Source: Octopus vulgaris
Lineage: Eukaryota
Assembly (NCBI GenBank): GCA_951406725.2
Contig: OX597819.1
Coordinates: forward strand, 12,028,001-12,092,000
DNA length: 64,000 nt
Reading direction: 5' to 3'
In this document: positions 26,071-39,632 of the stretch, piece after piece
Layout: each line of letters starts with the position of its first letter
Position numbering within the stretch: the stretch's first letter is position 1
Notes under the pieces: model-generated
What the model was told of the DNA's origin: nothing
What the model saw: only the letters and a program-made list of their open reading frames with translations
The model's database searches: none
Program-made: the position numbers and the translations under genes

Positions 26071-27876
26071 CTACCGATGTAAAAACCACAGTTATGTCGC
26101 AAAGCGCAACTTAACATTTTAATAAATCTAGATCATTAGAAAATAAAAGGCTGAAACATCTACTGAGTTCAGTATGACTAACTAAAACCCTTAAAGGTAA
26201 AGCCCCTGCATGGCTAGGGTCTAATGACTGAAACTAGTGAAAGAATCGATTAAGGTAAAATACTTCCAGTGGAAATTTCCAGAACCAAAATGTCAGTCGA
26301 TGAACCAAACAACAGTGAAAGCAAACGAAGTCATTTACCGATTAGTGAAAAAGTTGCTGATATCAGCCATTAAAATAGTGACCTTCGCAAGTGAAAGAGA
26401 ATTAAAGAAATGCAGACCTTGCGTAGGAAGATCCTGATATTATTGCCAGAGAACTGAGTAGTTTTATTTTCTTCTTTATAGCTTAGTCCATGGCCATATT
26501 CAAAGCGTCTGATAGCCAAGGGAGGAAAGGTGGAGGTTATTCTACAACCGCAGACCTGGCCCAAATGTATTCTGCATCATAGGCTTCGTTAATGGCACCC
26601 ACGAACCACCCAAGGAACATCCAAATACCAGGATGTGATGTTAAACCGGGTAGGAGATTAAGTCTGCCACCCGAGACCAGGTACGGTGGCTCTAACAGGC
26701 TTCAGTACAAATCAATAGGGAACAAACACATCTAACGAAGGTGCAGCACAAGAACATCGAAATCTGAACCGCTTTAAAAAGAACTTGTAAAGTAAAGCGA
26801 GCGTTTGAACATTCTTGCCGAGTGAAATGTTTACAGAAGAATAGAAACCCTAGGAAGGACTTGTGGTTTATCTTTAGGGCATCACTATAGATGTGACTGA
26901 GAAAGTTTCCAGGATTAGTCGAATAACTTCCGGCTGATATTCTTGAAGAAGGTGAAATATTTCATAAGACTTGCTGTTGTTATGGTCATCGTCGCCGTTG
27001 TTATTGTTTCACACTTGGTCAGCTATGATGGAGCGAACAACTGATGTTGAAAAGTATTCCAGCCATAATCCCATCTTGATTTTTTTTTTTTACTCATTCA
27101 TAGTGATCTTCCCTATCTAAGTCAATAGGTAGTATTAAGAATATTTAGCTGCTATTTCTAACAAGTTGAGTAAACTTTTTTCGGTTCGTGTATAAAGTAA
27201 GCTGTATAAATGGATGTAAATTCTGCCGCCACCCAGTCTTAACACTTCCTTTCTTGTACCTCATCCCAGATACAGTCAACAATCACAAGTGTTGAAAGAT
27301 ATGGGTTTGTTCTTTAAATTCTGCAAAACTTAGGAGAGTCCGGCATTGGACTGCTGTTCCCATATCTAGGATTAAGATGTCTGTATGCAGAGCTACTGCT
27401 GTTATACAGACAGCGGAATGAGACGATTGGGCACAGCTGGTTGGACGCTGGCGATTTGGTACGATTGACTAGACATTCAGCTTCTTCTTTGTCGACAGTA
27501 TTTTTTGATGGTGGAGGCAAACACACGCGCGTGCGCGTATACGTAAAAATATTTTCATTACCTTTTCTTTTTTCAAGTGCCTCAACGCAACATAATCTGC
27601 ATCCATCCCTCTGCCGTTATAAGGCATGACACAAGTAGATCGAGTAATCAATACAACGGGGCTTAAGTTTCCAGATCATTTTGGACAGTGATGCACAATT
27701 AGCTTAACTTTCAATTTTAAAGCTATGTAAATGGTTGCATAATCTTGCCTTGAAAATAGTTGAAATGACATTAATATATGTACATACTATTCGAGATGTA
27801 GCGATCGAGTATTTGTATATAATGAGATAACAAATCCAAGCCTGTGAGGAGTTTTCAGAACATTTATAATGAAATA

Positions 27877-27924
27877 GTCTTACAGCTGTTTCTGACATAT
27901 TATGGATATCCCTTCATCAGAGAC
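27877..27924 (-). ncRNA. Hammerhead motif in PLE-type repeat
   Basis: GTCT-CTGATGA-..-GAAAC-AGCT-GTA-AGAC; stem II imperfect. Confidence 0.6.
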
Positions 27925-28674
27925 GGTTTGAGAAAATATCTGAGTTCGAATTATTGTAAAAAAAGATAGGGAATATAGAGGAAAATAAGAGAATGAATGT
28001 AGAAGTAAGATATATAAAGATATTGTAGTTGCAGTTCCATTATTCGAGGAGAGTGGTGTATAGAAGTGGTAAAAAAATTTCCTGTACATAGCAGTTGATA
28101 TTTCGTCATTTCCAAGCATGGAACCGTGTAAACAGTGTTGCTCGTTCGAAAGGGCTTTGTGATTTAGTTAATATAGATAATATATAATATTATCTATATA
28201 TTCCTTATCTTTGACAATAAAGTATATTAATGTTTTCTTTGATGTAAACCTGTGATCTCTTTATACTTGCAAATCTAGAGATGAATTCTATTGTGGTTAT
28301 ATTTTTATTGAAATTGTCTCGTATACATTAGAGTATATATAAAGTGTCTTATAATTTGTCAGTTGAAAAAGATTTATTACACTAAATGTCATTCATAAAT
28401 GTCTCGGGCAATAACTGCGCTGATTGGCTAAATATTAAATTAAATTTATCCCTTCAATAAATGTTTGTAAATGCTTTCTTCTGCAAAAAACATTTTCACG
28501 GAATGTTGAGATAACTTTCTCGCAAATCGAATTGTGATTTGATAATTCACGTCACGTCTGGCAAAGTGGTTTGATTATTTTGTTCTATTATATAATCAAT
28601 AAATAAACAATAGCCACTCTCGTGGAAATCTGCATTACATAATTGAAAAGTTGACTTCATTCTTATTTATGTCT

Positions 28675-28752
<78 letters not shown>

Positions 28753-29001
28753 GAGTTTAAAGAGATAGAGCATCCTGGTGGTTACCGTGCTTCCTCTTAA
28801 TTCGGTTTCAGATACCGGCTAACCCCAACGGTCCTTTCGTGATGCCCGAACTAACAGAATAAGTTGCTAGGCTCTGGTAACGTTTCTTGCTTGGTAAATC
28901 CGAGAGTCCTATTCAGGACTGCATAATTTCCGTAGAGCAAGTAATAAAGTAACAGTAATTAATAATTTATCAACTCTATTATCATTATTGATATTATTGG
29001 T

Positions 29002-29071
<70 letters not shown>

Positions 29072-29209
29072 GGTATAAGTTAGAGGTGTTTAAACCCTCT
29101 AAGGGATAAATGTATCCAAAGGCACTCCTGGTAATTACCTCAGTAAGTATAATCCTTGGTGTAAGGTATACGGCAGCAGGTAATTTAACAGGTAAACCAT
29201 AGTTAAATT

Positions 29210-29555
29210 TATATAGACGATAAGAAAATGGAAGAAAAATAACAATAACAATAAGAAGTGTGTCTTTTGCGCTAGGAAGCCATTATTTAATTAGCTAAGA
29301 AAGGTGAGAGTAAAAGTGAGTTTACGATCGTTTCTGTGGACCATGGTGAGGAAAATATATATTTATATTTATATTTTTGAGACAAAAATATAAATATAAA
29401 TATATATTTTTCCTCGCCATAGTCCAGAGAAGCGATCGTAAACTCACTCTTACTCTCACCTTTCTTAGGTAATTAAATAATGGCTTCCTAGCGCAAAAGA
29501 CACACTTCTTATTGTTATTGTTATTTTTCTTCCATTTTCTTATCGCCTATATATA
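29210..29555. repeat. Near-perfect palindrome of about 345 bp
   Basis: Arms of about 170 bp meeting at TTTTTG-AGA-CAAAAA (about 29381). Confidence 0.9.
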
Positions 29556-29571
29556 TAAATATATATGTATG

Positions 29572-29603
<32 letters not shown>

Positions 29604-30305
29604 TGTATAATATGAGGGAATATTATTCCAAACATACAGGGAAAATTTCAATTTAGAAATACTAAATCAAATTTCACAAAATATAATATACATATAGATA
29701 TAAATTAGAAAATAAAACACCTTTTATCAATTCAATAATGAAAAATTAAATTATACCATTTAGAAAAATTACATATTATTGAAAGATTAAATATAAGATA
29801 AAACATATAACAATGATTAAGTAATATGCAAAATGGTAAATAAAATGTATATATTTGGTAGAATAACGACACGTGTTTCGTGGATATATTTAAGAAATGA
29901 TAATAGTAATAATAATAATAAAATTGCTTCAATATAAATATAGTCACACTTCAGGTTAAAGATAAAAACAATAAAATAGTTAATTAGATAAATTAATAAT
30001 TATACGTAAACAATTTTCTAAAATACGAAATATCTTAACAAATATATTCTTGTTTAAATAAAAAAAATAGAATAAAAAATAAGATACAATTAATTAAAAT
30101 ATTTATAACAAATATATATATATATATAAAATACAAAATATACATTAAGTGAAAACTAAATACTATAATTTAATCTATATACATTAAATTAAATTATTAA
30201 TTAATTTATTTATTTAATAAAAATCTAAATAAAATCTTATACTCATTAAGTAATTTATATAAAAAAAACCTTTAATGTCAAGTAATATACATAATGTTAG
30301 TAAAG

Positions 30306-30597
30306 TTTCAAGAAAATTCCGAGGGTGTGACTTCCGGGAAAATTTCATGGAGAGTTCCGAGGGTGGGACTTCCTGGAAAATTCCCGTGCTTTCTTGGAAA
30401 GTTCCGAGGATGAGAAACTTCCTGGAAGTTCCGATGATGTGATTTCCTGGGAAGTTCCGAGGATTTCCTGGAAAGTTCCGGTGTTGGAGACTTCCTGGGA
30501 AGTTCCGATGACTCCCTGGAAAGTTCTGATAATAGAGACATCCTGGAAAGTTCTGAGGATGGTAGTTCCTGGGAACTTCCTGGAAAATTCCGATGAC
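30306..30597. repeat. Degenerate tandem array with TTCCTGG(G/A)AAGTTCC core
   Basis: About 12 irregular units; piggyBac-like end CAAGGGG-TTAA at about 30804. Confidence 0.8.
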
Positions 30598-31337
30598 TTG
30601 AACGTAACCTAAAATACCTAAGATAATGCACGGGACGGCGAACACGCGTGCTTCAAGAGATAAAGTACACGATAGTGAACGTAAACCACTAAAAAAAGTC
30701 CGTGATAGATGTAGGGCAGCTCTACATCGTATATTTACGTCAACCGCGGGTAGGCAAGCAAAAGTGTGATCGCATATTTGCATCAACCGTTGTCAAGGGG
30801 TTAAAAATTACTGTAGAGCTACCTCGTTTGTGACTTATTCGATTTTCTAAGGGCTCTTTTGAAGGAATTGACAAGCGTTGTGCTAGGGATTGTATGGCCT
30901 CATGGTTACATGTTCTACCGTAAACATTTCACAAAATACTTTAATTTCAACAGATTTAAATGCAGTTTTAAATTCAATTGCATTCCATTGTCAGGCACCA
31001 TCTTGTCTTGGTATCAAATCTTGCAAACAATTCATGTAAAACATTTATCACACTTGAGGAGGTCCGTGTTTTACATTTGCGAATTTCGGGCCATTTCGAA
31101 AAACTATAAACTTCGACCAAGTTATAAGAACCAATTAAAAGACCAGCGAAATCGATGTCTAGTCTCCATCATGGAACATCTACTTTTGAACAATCTTTAC
31201 TTTTTATCTTAGACAATTTTTTTTATTTCGTTTTGGCTTAGTTACTGGTGTTCCGCTCTGTTTTACTGCAATTTTTTTTTGTTTCAGTCGTTCGGCCTCG
31301 TATGAACCTTTGACTAAACCAACAATATTTCCACACA

Positions 31338-31635
31338 TGGAAGCACTCCGTCGGTTACGACGACGAGGGTTCCGGTTGATCCAATCAACGGAACAGCCTG
31401 CTCGTGAAATTAACGTGTAAGTGGCTGAGCACTCCACAGACACGTGTACCCTGAACGTAGTTCTCGGGGATATTCAGCGTGACACAGAGAGTGACAAGGC
31501 CGGCCCTTTGAAATACAGGTACAACAGAAACAGGAAGTAAGTGTGAGAGAAAGTTGTGGTGAAAGAGTACAGCAGGGATCACCACCATCCCCTGCCGGAG
31601 CCTCGTGGAGCTTTAGGTGTTTTCGCTCAATAAAC
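31338..31635 (-). mobile_element. SINE family A, 5'-truncated
   Basis: Near-identical to the 5093 and 9920 copies but lacks the tRNA head. Confidence 0.85.
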
Positions 31636-32561
31636 ATTTCCACACAGAACGCTTATGGGTGTATGCCATATAGTTCCATCCACTCTGCACCGAATAAATT
31701 GTGAATTTTTTAACACATAAATCTTTGCCTTTTTTTTGTTTGATATCGAAATGTTATACTACATACACATTTACCAAGAAAATATAATCTTTTTCCCGTA
31801 ACATTATGTGCTACCTTTTTAGATTTAACTACTTTAGGCTTACCGAAGTATATCCAGGTTTTTTCGTTTATAATGGTGATACCTTCACCTTCACGAATTT
31901 CCTCATCATTATAGTCATCACTCTTTTACTTGTTTCAGTCATTTGACTGCGGCCATGCTGGAGCACCGCCTTTAGTCGAGCAAATCGAGCCCGGGAATTA
32001 TTCTTTGTAAGCCCAGTACTTATTCTATCAGTCTCTTTTGCCGAACCGCTAAGTAACGGGGACGTAAACACACCAGCATCGGTTGTCAAGCAATGCTAGG
32101 GGGACAAACACACACATACACATATATACATATATATACATATATACGACAGGCTTCTTTCAGTTTCTGTCTACCAAATCCACTCACAAGGTATTGGTCG
32201 GCCCGGGGCTATAGCAGAAGACACTTGCCCAAGATGCCACGCAGTGGGACTGAACCCGGAACCATGTGGTTGGTTAGCAAGCTACTTACCACACATTTCC
32301 AATTTCTTCTGATGACATACTATTTATTCTTTTCTCTTTGTTCTGTGGTTTTGTCATCTTCGTTCTACAGTTTCAAACTGTTTAGTTTTAAAAAATGAAT
32401 TTTAAAATCTGTGATTGAGATGGAACAACTAAGGTGGAATATAAAGCCATAACTGCAACAATTATGTTTGATAAACTTCCACAATGACATGAAAATAATA
32501 CTCAAAGTTGTCTCATGTAAGAAGAAAAATCAGTAAAAGACTTTAATTTTAAATAAAATAT

Positions 32562-32744
32562 TCATTTATTTACAATAATTTCAATATCTGATAAATTATA
32601 ATTTGGTTCTGATCTGTCTAGCCACAAATCTTCTGGAAGTTTCTTCAAGTTTTTCATTGGGAAACAATGTATGGATGTATCGTTGAAGATGTCAGAATAA
32701 ATAAAGGTATTAGACAGAGCAATCTCTTCAGTGGCTGGATATAT
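32562..32744 (-). CDS. SRRD: SRR1-like protein, terminal exon 7
   Basis: aag|ATA..TGA; IYPATEEIALSNTFIYSDIFNDTSIHCFP...EPNY...IEIIVNK*; total CDS 1041 nt, 346 aa. Confidence 0.9.
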   Translation of the reverse strand: MYPATEEIALSNTFIYSDIFNDTSIHCFPMKNLKKLPEDLWLDRSEPNYNLSDIEIIVNK

Positions 32745-33863
32745 CTTCAGTAAGTTAAGGTTTAATAATTTGTTAAACTGTGTAATTGCGGATGATGCCA
32801 GTGCCACCTGACTGACTCCCATGCTGGTGGCATGCAATAAGCACCATTCATGCGTGGGTCATTGCCAGTACTGCCTGACTAGCTCCCTGTGCCGGTGGTA
32901 TGTAAAAAGCACCATCCGAACATGGTCGATACCAGAGCCGCCTGACTGGCTCCCATGCCACTGACACATAAAAGCACCCACTACACTCTCACAAACATTC
33001 ATTTAGAAAATCATCATCATTTAACGCCCATTTTCCATGGAGGCGTGGACCAATGTTTAAGTATTTAAGTGTTTAAACAAATAGGGATTGAGAAATCGCA
33101 TATATAAAAGGGCACATAAGTTAACCTAGTCAAATAATCACAAATTTGCTTCTTAAGTTAGATTTTAACAAGTTTGCACTAAACAATATTTTTTTTCTTT
33201 GTGAAGTAAGACAAAATATGGTTAGAATTTCAATTTACTTCATTCATCTCAATTAATACTAGACTCTTCTAATATTTAAAAGAAGTATAAAATTTTATTG
33301 CTATAGACTGGTCTGAATACCAAAATGAAATGATATTTGTTTCCTCTTTTGATTCTTTTTAAACCTGACCATTCATCTTATACTGTTTTACAGTATTTTC
33401 ATTATGAGTGGTCAGTGGTGTGAATGCATCCTGGTCTAGTTAAGGTTCTTTCTACTCTTAACTATATAAAATAATCTTTTCCCTTAATATCTAAGAAGGT
33501 CAGTCTAAGTTTAAGTGATGCAAGAACTATAGCCATATCATATTTCAATGCTAATTCTATTGTTCTATACCCTAAGGTCTTATATCCCTCACCTGGAATA
33601 TATTTTAAGAAGGCCTATCACATACTTAAATCTTCAGTTCACTTCATCTGCCCACATGGGTAAAACCTTGAACAAAGCTGCATGGGACTGTCTACCTTTG
33701 GATGAATAGATACTAAATCAACTAAATGCACATAAACACTACAACAAAGGACACTAGGACACTTATCCAGCAGAAACACATGATGGATTGGAAGTTGATG
33801 AGAATAATACTATAATGCACAAATTTTGAAGATGTACTATTCTCCATTCTTCTTCATGTCTTA

Positions 33864-33900
<37 letters not shown>

Positions 33901-34514
33901 GACCTAGTTTAAAAACTGCTGGATCTCACTCATAAGCTATTGGAAACTTATATTGTGTATAAACTCTATATTTGGAAGGACCCATTTTAAACTCTGTTGG
34001 ACTTTACTCATCAGGTATTGGAATCCGACATATATACCATTCTACCTAAAAAATGGATCTACAACTTCAATATCCCTACATATCTTACATCTATTTTCTT
34101 TTCTCCACCTCACTCTCTATTTTTAAACCATCTAAATTAATTATTACTTAACCATCCTCTCACACCGTCTCCGATGAAGGGATATAATTAATAAATATCC
34201 TGGAAACAGCTGTAAGACCGTCTATCTATAAATGTTCTAATATCTACACAGCCTTGGTTTTTTATCTCATTACGCAAAAAATTCTTATATATATATATAT
34301 ATATCACCGTGATCACCGTAACCGACCAGGCTATCAGATGTTGCTACGCATCGCTGGTCACAATGCGCTTTGCATTGTTTTAGCCTTCAAATGATGCCAC
34401 CTCGCTGGCTAAGCGAGCAGGCCAACAGAAGAAAGAGTGAGAGAAAGTTGTGGCGATAGAGTACAGCAGGGACCGCCATCACCCCCTGCCGGAGCCTCGT
34501 GGAGCTTTAGGTGT

Positions 34515-34545
<31 letters not shown>

Positions 34546-35123
34546 TTTATATTTTACTTGTTTCAGTCATTTGACAGCAGCCATGATGGAAAACCACCTT
34601 TTATTGAACAAATCAGCCCCAAGACTTATTCTTTGTAAGCCTAGTACTTATTCAATTGGTCTCTTTTGTCTAACTACTAAGTGACAGTGACATAAATACA
34701 CCACCCTCGGTTGTCAAGTGATGGTGGGGGGACAGACTCACAAATACATACATATATATATGACAGGCTTCTTTCAGTTTCTGTCTACCAAATCCACTCA
34801 CAAGGCTTTGGTCAGCCTGAGGCTATAGCAGAAGACACTCGCCCAAGGTGCCACACAGTGGGACTGAACCTTGAGCCATGTGGTTAGGAAGAAAGCTTCT
34901 TACCACACAGCCATGCCTGCACCTATATATATATAGATCGCCATGATAGATCGTTAGCCACTACACACATTTTTTTTATCTCCTTCTTTTCTATGTCCCT
35001 TTCTGTAGAAGAGCGTAGGCTCGAAACGTAAAAGACTTTTTCTATTCCTGAACGTTATACTAATACTATAATAATGTTTTGTACACCACCTGTCTTCGTC
35101 TTTTGTTTTTTTTCATAAACTCT

Positions 35124-35185
<62 letters not shown>

Positions 35186-35225
35186 ACACACCAAACATAA
35201 ACAAATTTGAAAATCCAAAGGATAC
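32745..35225 (-). other. U12-type (minor spliceosome) GT-AG intron
   Basis: 5' splice site GTATCCTTT; branch site CCTTAAC 9 nt before the intron end; no polypyrimidine tract. Confidence 0.85.
34167..34218 (+). ncRNA. Hammerhead-like motif, core variant CCGATGA
   Basis: GTCT-CCGATGA-AGGGATAT..ATATCCTG-GAAAC-AGCT-GTA-AGAC. Confidence 0.5.
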
Positions 35226-35271
35226 TTTATAAATATATGCAGCTTTTTCTTGTAGATCTTTATCAGAGTGC
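35226..35271 (-). CDS. SRRD: SRR1-like protein, exon 6
   Basis: cag|G CAC..AAA|gtatccttt, 46 nt; RHSDKDLQEKAAYIYK; bridges phase 2 to phase 0. Confidence 0.85.
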
Positions 35272-35649
35272 CTGGAAAAAGTGAGAAAAATCAGATTATT
35301 AAGAAAATAATTATCATTATTTATGATAAAGAAATATTTTCTAATTCAACAACAGCTCGCAGTGGCATTTCCATCTCTCCTTCTCAGCAAATGCACCACT
35401 ATCGTTATTTACAAGCTTTTCATTGAGAACATCCTAACTCACACTCACAACAACAACGACATCGCAACCACTGCCACTGCCAAGACATCATCATCATCAA
35501 CACCATCGCCACCACCTCCACACTGATTCACAATTCAGAACATTTCTTTGCTTCTAATTCTCACAATGTAAAATATTGGTAAACCTTTTACTTTCAACTT
35601 CTCTCTTTTGTAGATATATCCACTGATGTCTACCTTCTCTTCTAGATGC

Positions 35650-35880
35650 TTAACCCATTAAGTCCCAGAGTACTTAAATTTCTGAATATTACTTTTAAAT
35701 TTTTACAGATGATTAAAAATAGGTTAAATGAAAAAAAATTATTATTAAAACTCCTTTACTTCAAGTAGAAATGGAAATACTCGGTGTCCTATAAATAGGA
35801 CACTGAGACAATGTGATATAGCTTTTTTAATATTCTCATTTTGTGTCCTATTTACAGGACAGTGGGACTTAATGGGTTAA
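35650..35880. mobile_element. piggyBac-type MITE
   Basis: TTAA-CCCATTAAGTCCCA ... TGGGACTTAATGGG-TTAA. Confidence 0.85.
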
Positions 35881-36458
35881 CACTGTTCCTTACTTCTCAC
35901 TTTCTTCTACTCCACCATCAATTCACCTTAACTCTACCTAAGACTTCATGCTAATCACAGGTGTGGTATGTGGCTTACAACAAGCTTCTTATCAAAACCT
36001 CTTTTTTGTTATAGTTGCTGCCTCGTACGCCTTTGTATATGTGTGTATGTGTGAGAGAGATTATGTGTATATGGGTGTCAGTACACTGTATTAAATTTGT
36101 AGAAGGGAGAAAACTTTTACTGAATGTATCTTGGGTGAGGGTCATTGAATGAAGAGGTATTAATAAAATGATTACTGAACGGAGTGTGGGATGGGGGATG
36201 CAATGTAACTGGCCGAGCCAGTTGAGGGTGTTGCCTCAATATGTCAATAACTGATAAAGATCTTTACAGTTCTATATTGCAAGGAGGGGTGAAGAGCATG
36301 TTCTGAGGAAGGTGATTGCATTTGAGGTAAATGGAGCGTGAAAGCGAGGTAGACACTGGATGACTGACTGACTGTGTGTGAAGAACAAAACAATGGATAT
36401 TGACAGTTCTGAAGGAGGACAAGAATTCAGCATCACTGAATTAATGTGCAATGAAAGC

Positions 36459-36745
36459 ATGTGGATCAGTGGTTAGAGCGTCAGGCTCATAATCAAGAGG
36501 TAGTGAGTTTGATTCCTGGACTGGGCTGTGTGTTGTGTTCTTGAGCAAGACACTTTATTTCACGTTGCTCCAATTCATTCAGCTGAAGAAATGAGTTGTG
36601 ACATCACTGGTGCCAAGCTGTATTGGCCCCTTTGCCTTTCCCTTGGATAACATTGGTTGCATGGAGTGGGGAGGCTGGTATGCATGGGTGACTACTGGCC
36701 TTCCATAATCAACCTTGCCCAGACTTGTACCTCAGAGGTAAACTT
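36459..36745 (+). mobile_element. tRNA-derived SINE family E
   Basis: tRNA-like head then GTGTTCTTGAGCAAGACACTT..TTTCACGTTGCTCCA; related copies near 790(-), 8660(-), 62588(+). Confidence 0.7.
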
Positions 36746-36820
36746 TCATCATCATCATCATCATGACAATGATGAGAATGTTAAAGGATACAGACAAAAA
36801 CAAACTCTCAAGTGACTCAC

Positions 36821-36978
36821 CTGTCAACAAGATTTTGGAAACTGTTACCAATAATGATTAGATTTCTTAGCTGTGAAGGGTTCCAGTTGGCCCAGAGTAA
36901 ATTGTTGTACAATGCAGTACCACAGTGGGGCATCAAAAACAGAGTTAGCTTGTTGGACAGACAGCTTCTCTTTCCTTC
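36821..36978 (-). CDS. SRRD: SRR1-like protein, exon 5
   Basis: tag|GAA..AG|gtgagt, 158 nt; EGKR...TLFLMPHCGTALYNNLLWANW...LIIIGNSF is the SRR1 hallmark. Confidence 0.93.
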
Positions 36979-37026
36979 CTAACAAACAAAATGAACAAAA
37001 AGTATCAATTAATAGACTTCTGACAT

Positions 37027-37370
37027 TCATCATCATCATCGTTTAACGTCCGTTCTCCATGCTAGCATGGGTTGGACGGTTCGACCGGGGATCTGGGAAG
37101 CCAGAAGGCTGCACCAGGCTCCAGTCTGATCTGGCAATGTTTCTACAGCTGGATGCCCTTCCTAATGCCAACCACTCCGTGAGTGTAGTGGGTGCTTTTT
37201 ACGTGCCACCTGCACAGGTGCCAGGCGAGGCTGGCGACGGCCACGGTCGGATTGGTGCATTTTACGTGCCACCGGCACGGAAGCCAGTCGAGGCGGCACT
37301 GGCATTGGCCACGATTTGGATGGTGCTTTTTATGTGCCACCAGCACGGAAGCCAGTCGAGGCAGCACTGA
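37027..37370 (-). mobile_element. Retroposon family D, (GAT)n tail, internal GTGCTTTTTACGTGCCACC repeats
   Basis: GGAAGGGCATCCAGCTGTAGAAAC..AACCCATGCTAGCATGG..GTTAAACGATGATG; copies near 32800, 39070, 49955, 51103, 52035, 54829, 55855, 60028, 61418. Confidence 0.8.
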
Positions 37371-38064
37371 CATTGTTTCAACTATATCACCATTGCTAGG
37401 GGTTTGCCAAACATGCTTAAACATGTCTCCTCTCAGCACCCAATGTTGTCCTTAATCAAGTACAGTAAAATAAGGGATACGTTTTCAGCATGTTGATTCT
37501 ATGCTTTGCTTTTATTTCCTAATTAAACCCATCTCGTTTCTCTTATAATGACAATGTCCACAAGAAAGAAATTAAGATTATATTTCCTTTCCTTTGTAAA
37601 CCTGAGACCTTCTGCCTATAGAAGGCAACACTACCAACAACAGTAATATTATTTCAATGTTATATATCCTTTCTACTGGAGGCACAAGGCCTCATATTTG
37701 TGGAGAGGGGACTAGTTGATTACATCAACCCCAGTATTTCACTGGTACTTAGTTTATCGACCCTGAAAGGATGAAAGACAAAGTCGACCTTGGCAGAATT
37801 TGAACTCAGAACGTAGTGACGGACGAAATACCACTAAGCATATCATTTGGCGCACTAACGATTCTGCCAGCTTACCACCTTACTCTCTTTTTACTCTTTT
37901 ACTTGTTTCAGTCATTTGACTGCGGCCATGCTGGAGCACCGCCTTTAGTCGAGCAAATCGACCCCGGGACTTATTCTATCAGTCCCTATTGCCGAACCGC
38001 TAAGTGACAGGGACGTAAACACACCAACATCGGTTGTCAAGCAATGCTAGCAGGACAAACACAG

Positions 38065-38116
<52 letters not shown>

Positions 38117-39533
38117 GACAGGCTTCTTTCAGTTTCCGTCTACCAAATCCACTCACAAGGCATTGGTCGGCCTGGGGCTATAGCAGAAGACACTTGCCCA
38201 AGATGCCACGCAGTGGGACTGAACCCAGAACCGTGTGGTTGGTTAGCAAGCTACTTACCACACAGCCACTCCTGCACCTTGTTATATAATGTTATAAAAT
38301 ATAACAATAGTTAATTAGTTCAACATGGCATCATATTTCATCATCATCATCATCACCAGCATTGTGTATTTTCATGTTGCTTTTACACACCAACACAGGC
38401 TGCATAGAACTTGTCAAGGCAGAGCTTCATCAACAGACAGCTTTCCTGACAACAACCACTTTGCTTATCTGTTTTTACTTGTTGCAGCCATTGGACAGCT
38501 GAAGGATTTTAATTGAACATATTAATTTCAATATCTATTTTAAGTCTGGTACATATTCTACCAGTTTTTTTTTTTTTTGCCAAACCTTAAGTAACAGGGC
38601 CACAAGCAAACCACCAACTATTGTCAAATGGTGAGAAACAGACACAAAAATGCACATGCACACATATATACAAGTGATGATGATGATGTTCATACATATA
38701 GTTTTATATACGTGTGTATGTATATACATGATGGGCTTCCACAGTTTTCCTCCAACAAATTCACTCACAAGACATTAATCAACTTGAAACTCCAGTAGAA
38801 GACACTGGCCCAAGGTGCCATACAGTGGGACAGAACCCAAAACCATGTGGTTGGGAAATGGCGTTTGTCAATACAGCCATTCAAAAAATGTAAAGATCAG
38901 CAAGAAAACATATAAACTTATGCATTTGAACAAAAATACTTTGTGGTATTTACTCAGCCCTAGTTGCACAGACACTCCCAAGTTAATCTTGTCATCAGAA
39001 ATGCAATAAAACCAATGATTGGCTTATTGGGAACCTACAACTAATGCACTTTAATAATGATTTCTAATTTACGGTGCCACATAAAAAGCACCGGTGCCGG
39101 CGTCACATGGAAAGCGCCCATGCTAGTGACATGTGATAAGCACCTATGCCAATTCCACATGAAGGGCACCTGTGCTGGTGCCACATGAAAAGCACCCATG
39201 CTGGCACCATTTGGAAAGAACCCATACCAGTCCCACATGAAGAGCACCCTGCCAGTCACATGTAGCATATGCTCCAGTGTCATGTTTAAAAACACCTGTG
39301 CCGGTTCCACATGAAATGCACCCTGAACACTTAGTAAGATGGTTGGAATTCGAAAGGGGCATCCGGATGTAAAAACATCCAAGTCAAAAACAGACAATTG
39401 GAGCGTGGTGCAACCCTCTGGCTTGCCAGCTGCTGTCAAACTGCCCGACCCATGCCAACATAAAAAACAGATATTAAATGATGACGATGATGACCTTTTA
39501 AACATTAATAATATTAAATAAATAGAAACTTAC

Positions 39534-39632
39534 TTCATTTTTGGAGACCAGAGAGACACCAATGCTGTGTATCACAGACTTCTCAATGTCTGACCAAACT
39601 GGATCATATGTATAACATTGATACAATGACAG
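39534..39632 (-). CDS. SRRD: SRR1-like protein, exon 4
   Basis: cag|CTG..GAA|gtaagt, 99 nt; LSLYQCYTYDPVWSDIEKSVIHSIGVSLVSKNE (YDP motif). Confidence 0.9.

Noticed and set aside
30214-30786. 190-aa RNFPG-repeat ORF
   Set aside because: Product of the degenerate tandem array, with no splice or domain support
33588-33640. Donor-like CCAG|GTGAGG on the minus strand as an extra SRRD exon
   Set aside because: Exons 6 and 7 already join in frame and match the family; no convincing acceptor or peptide similarity
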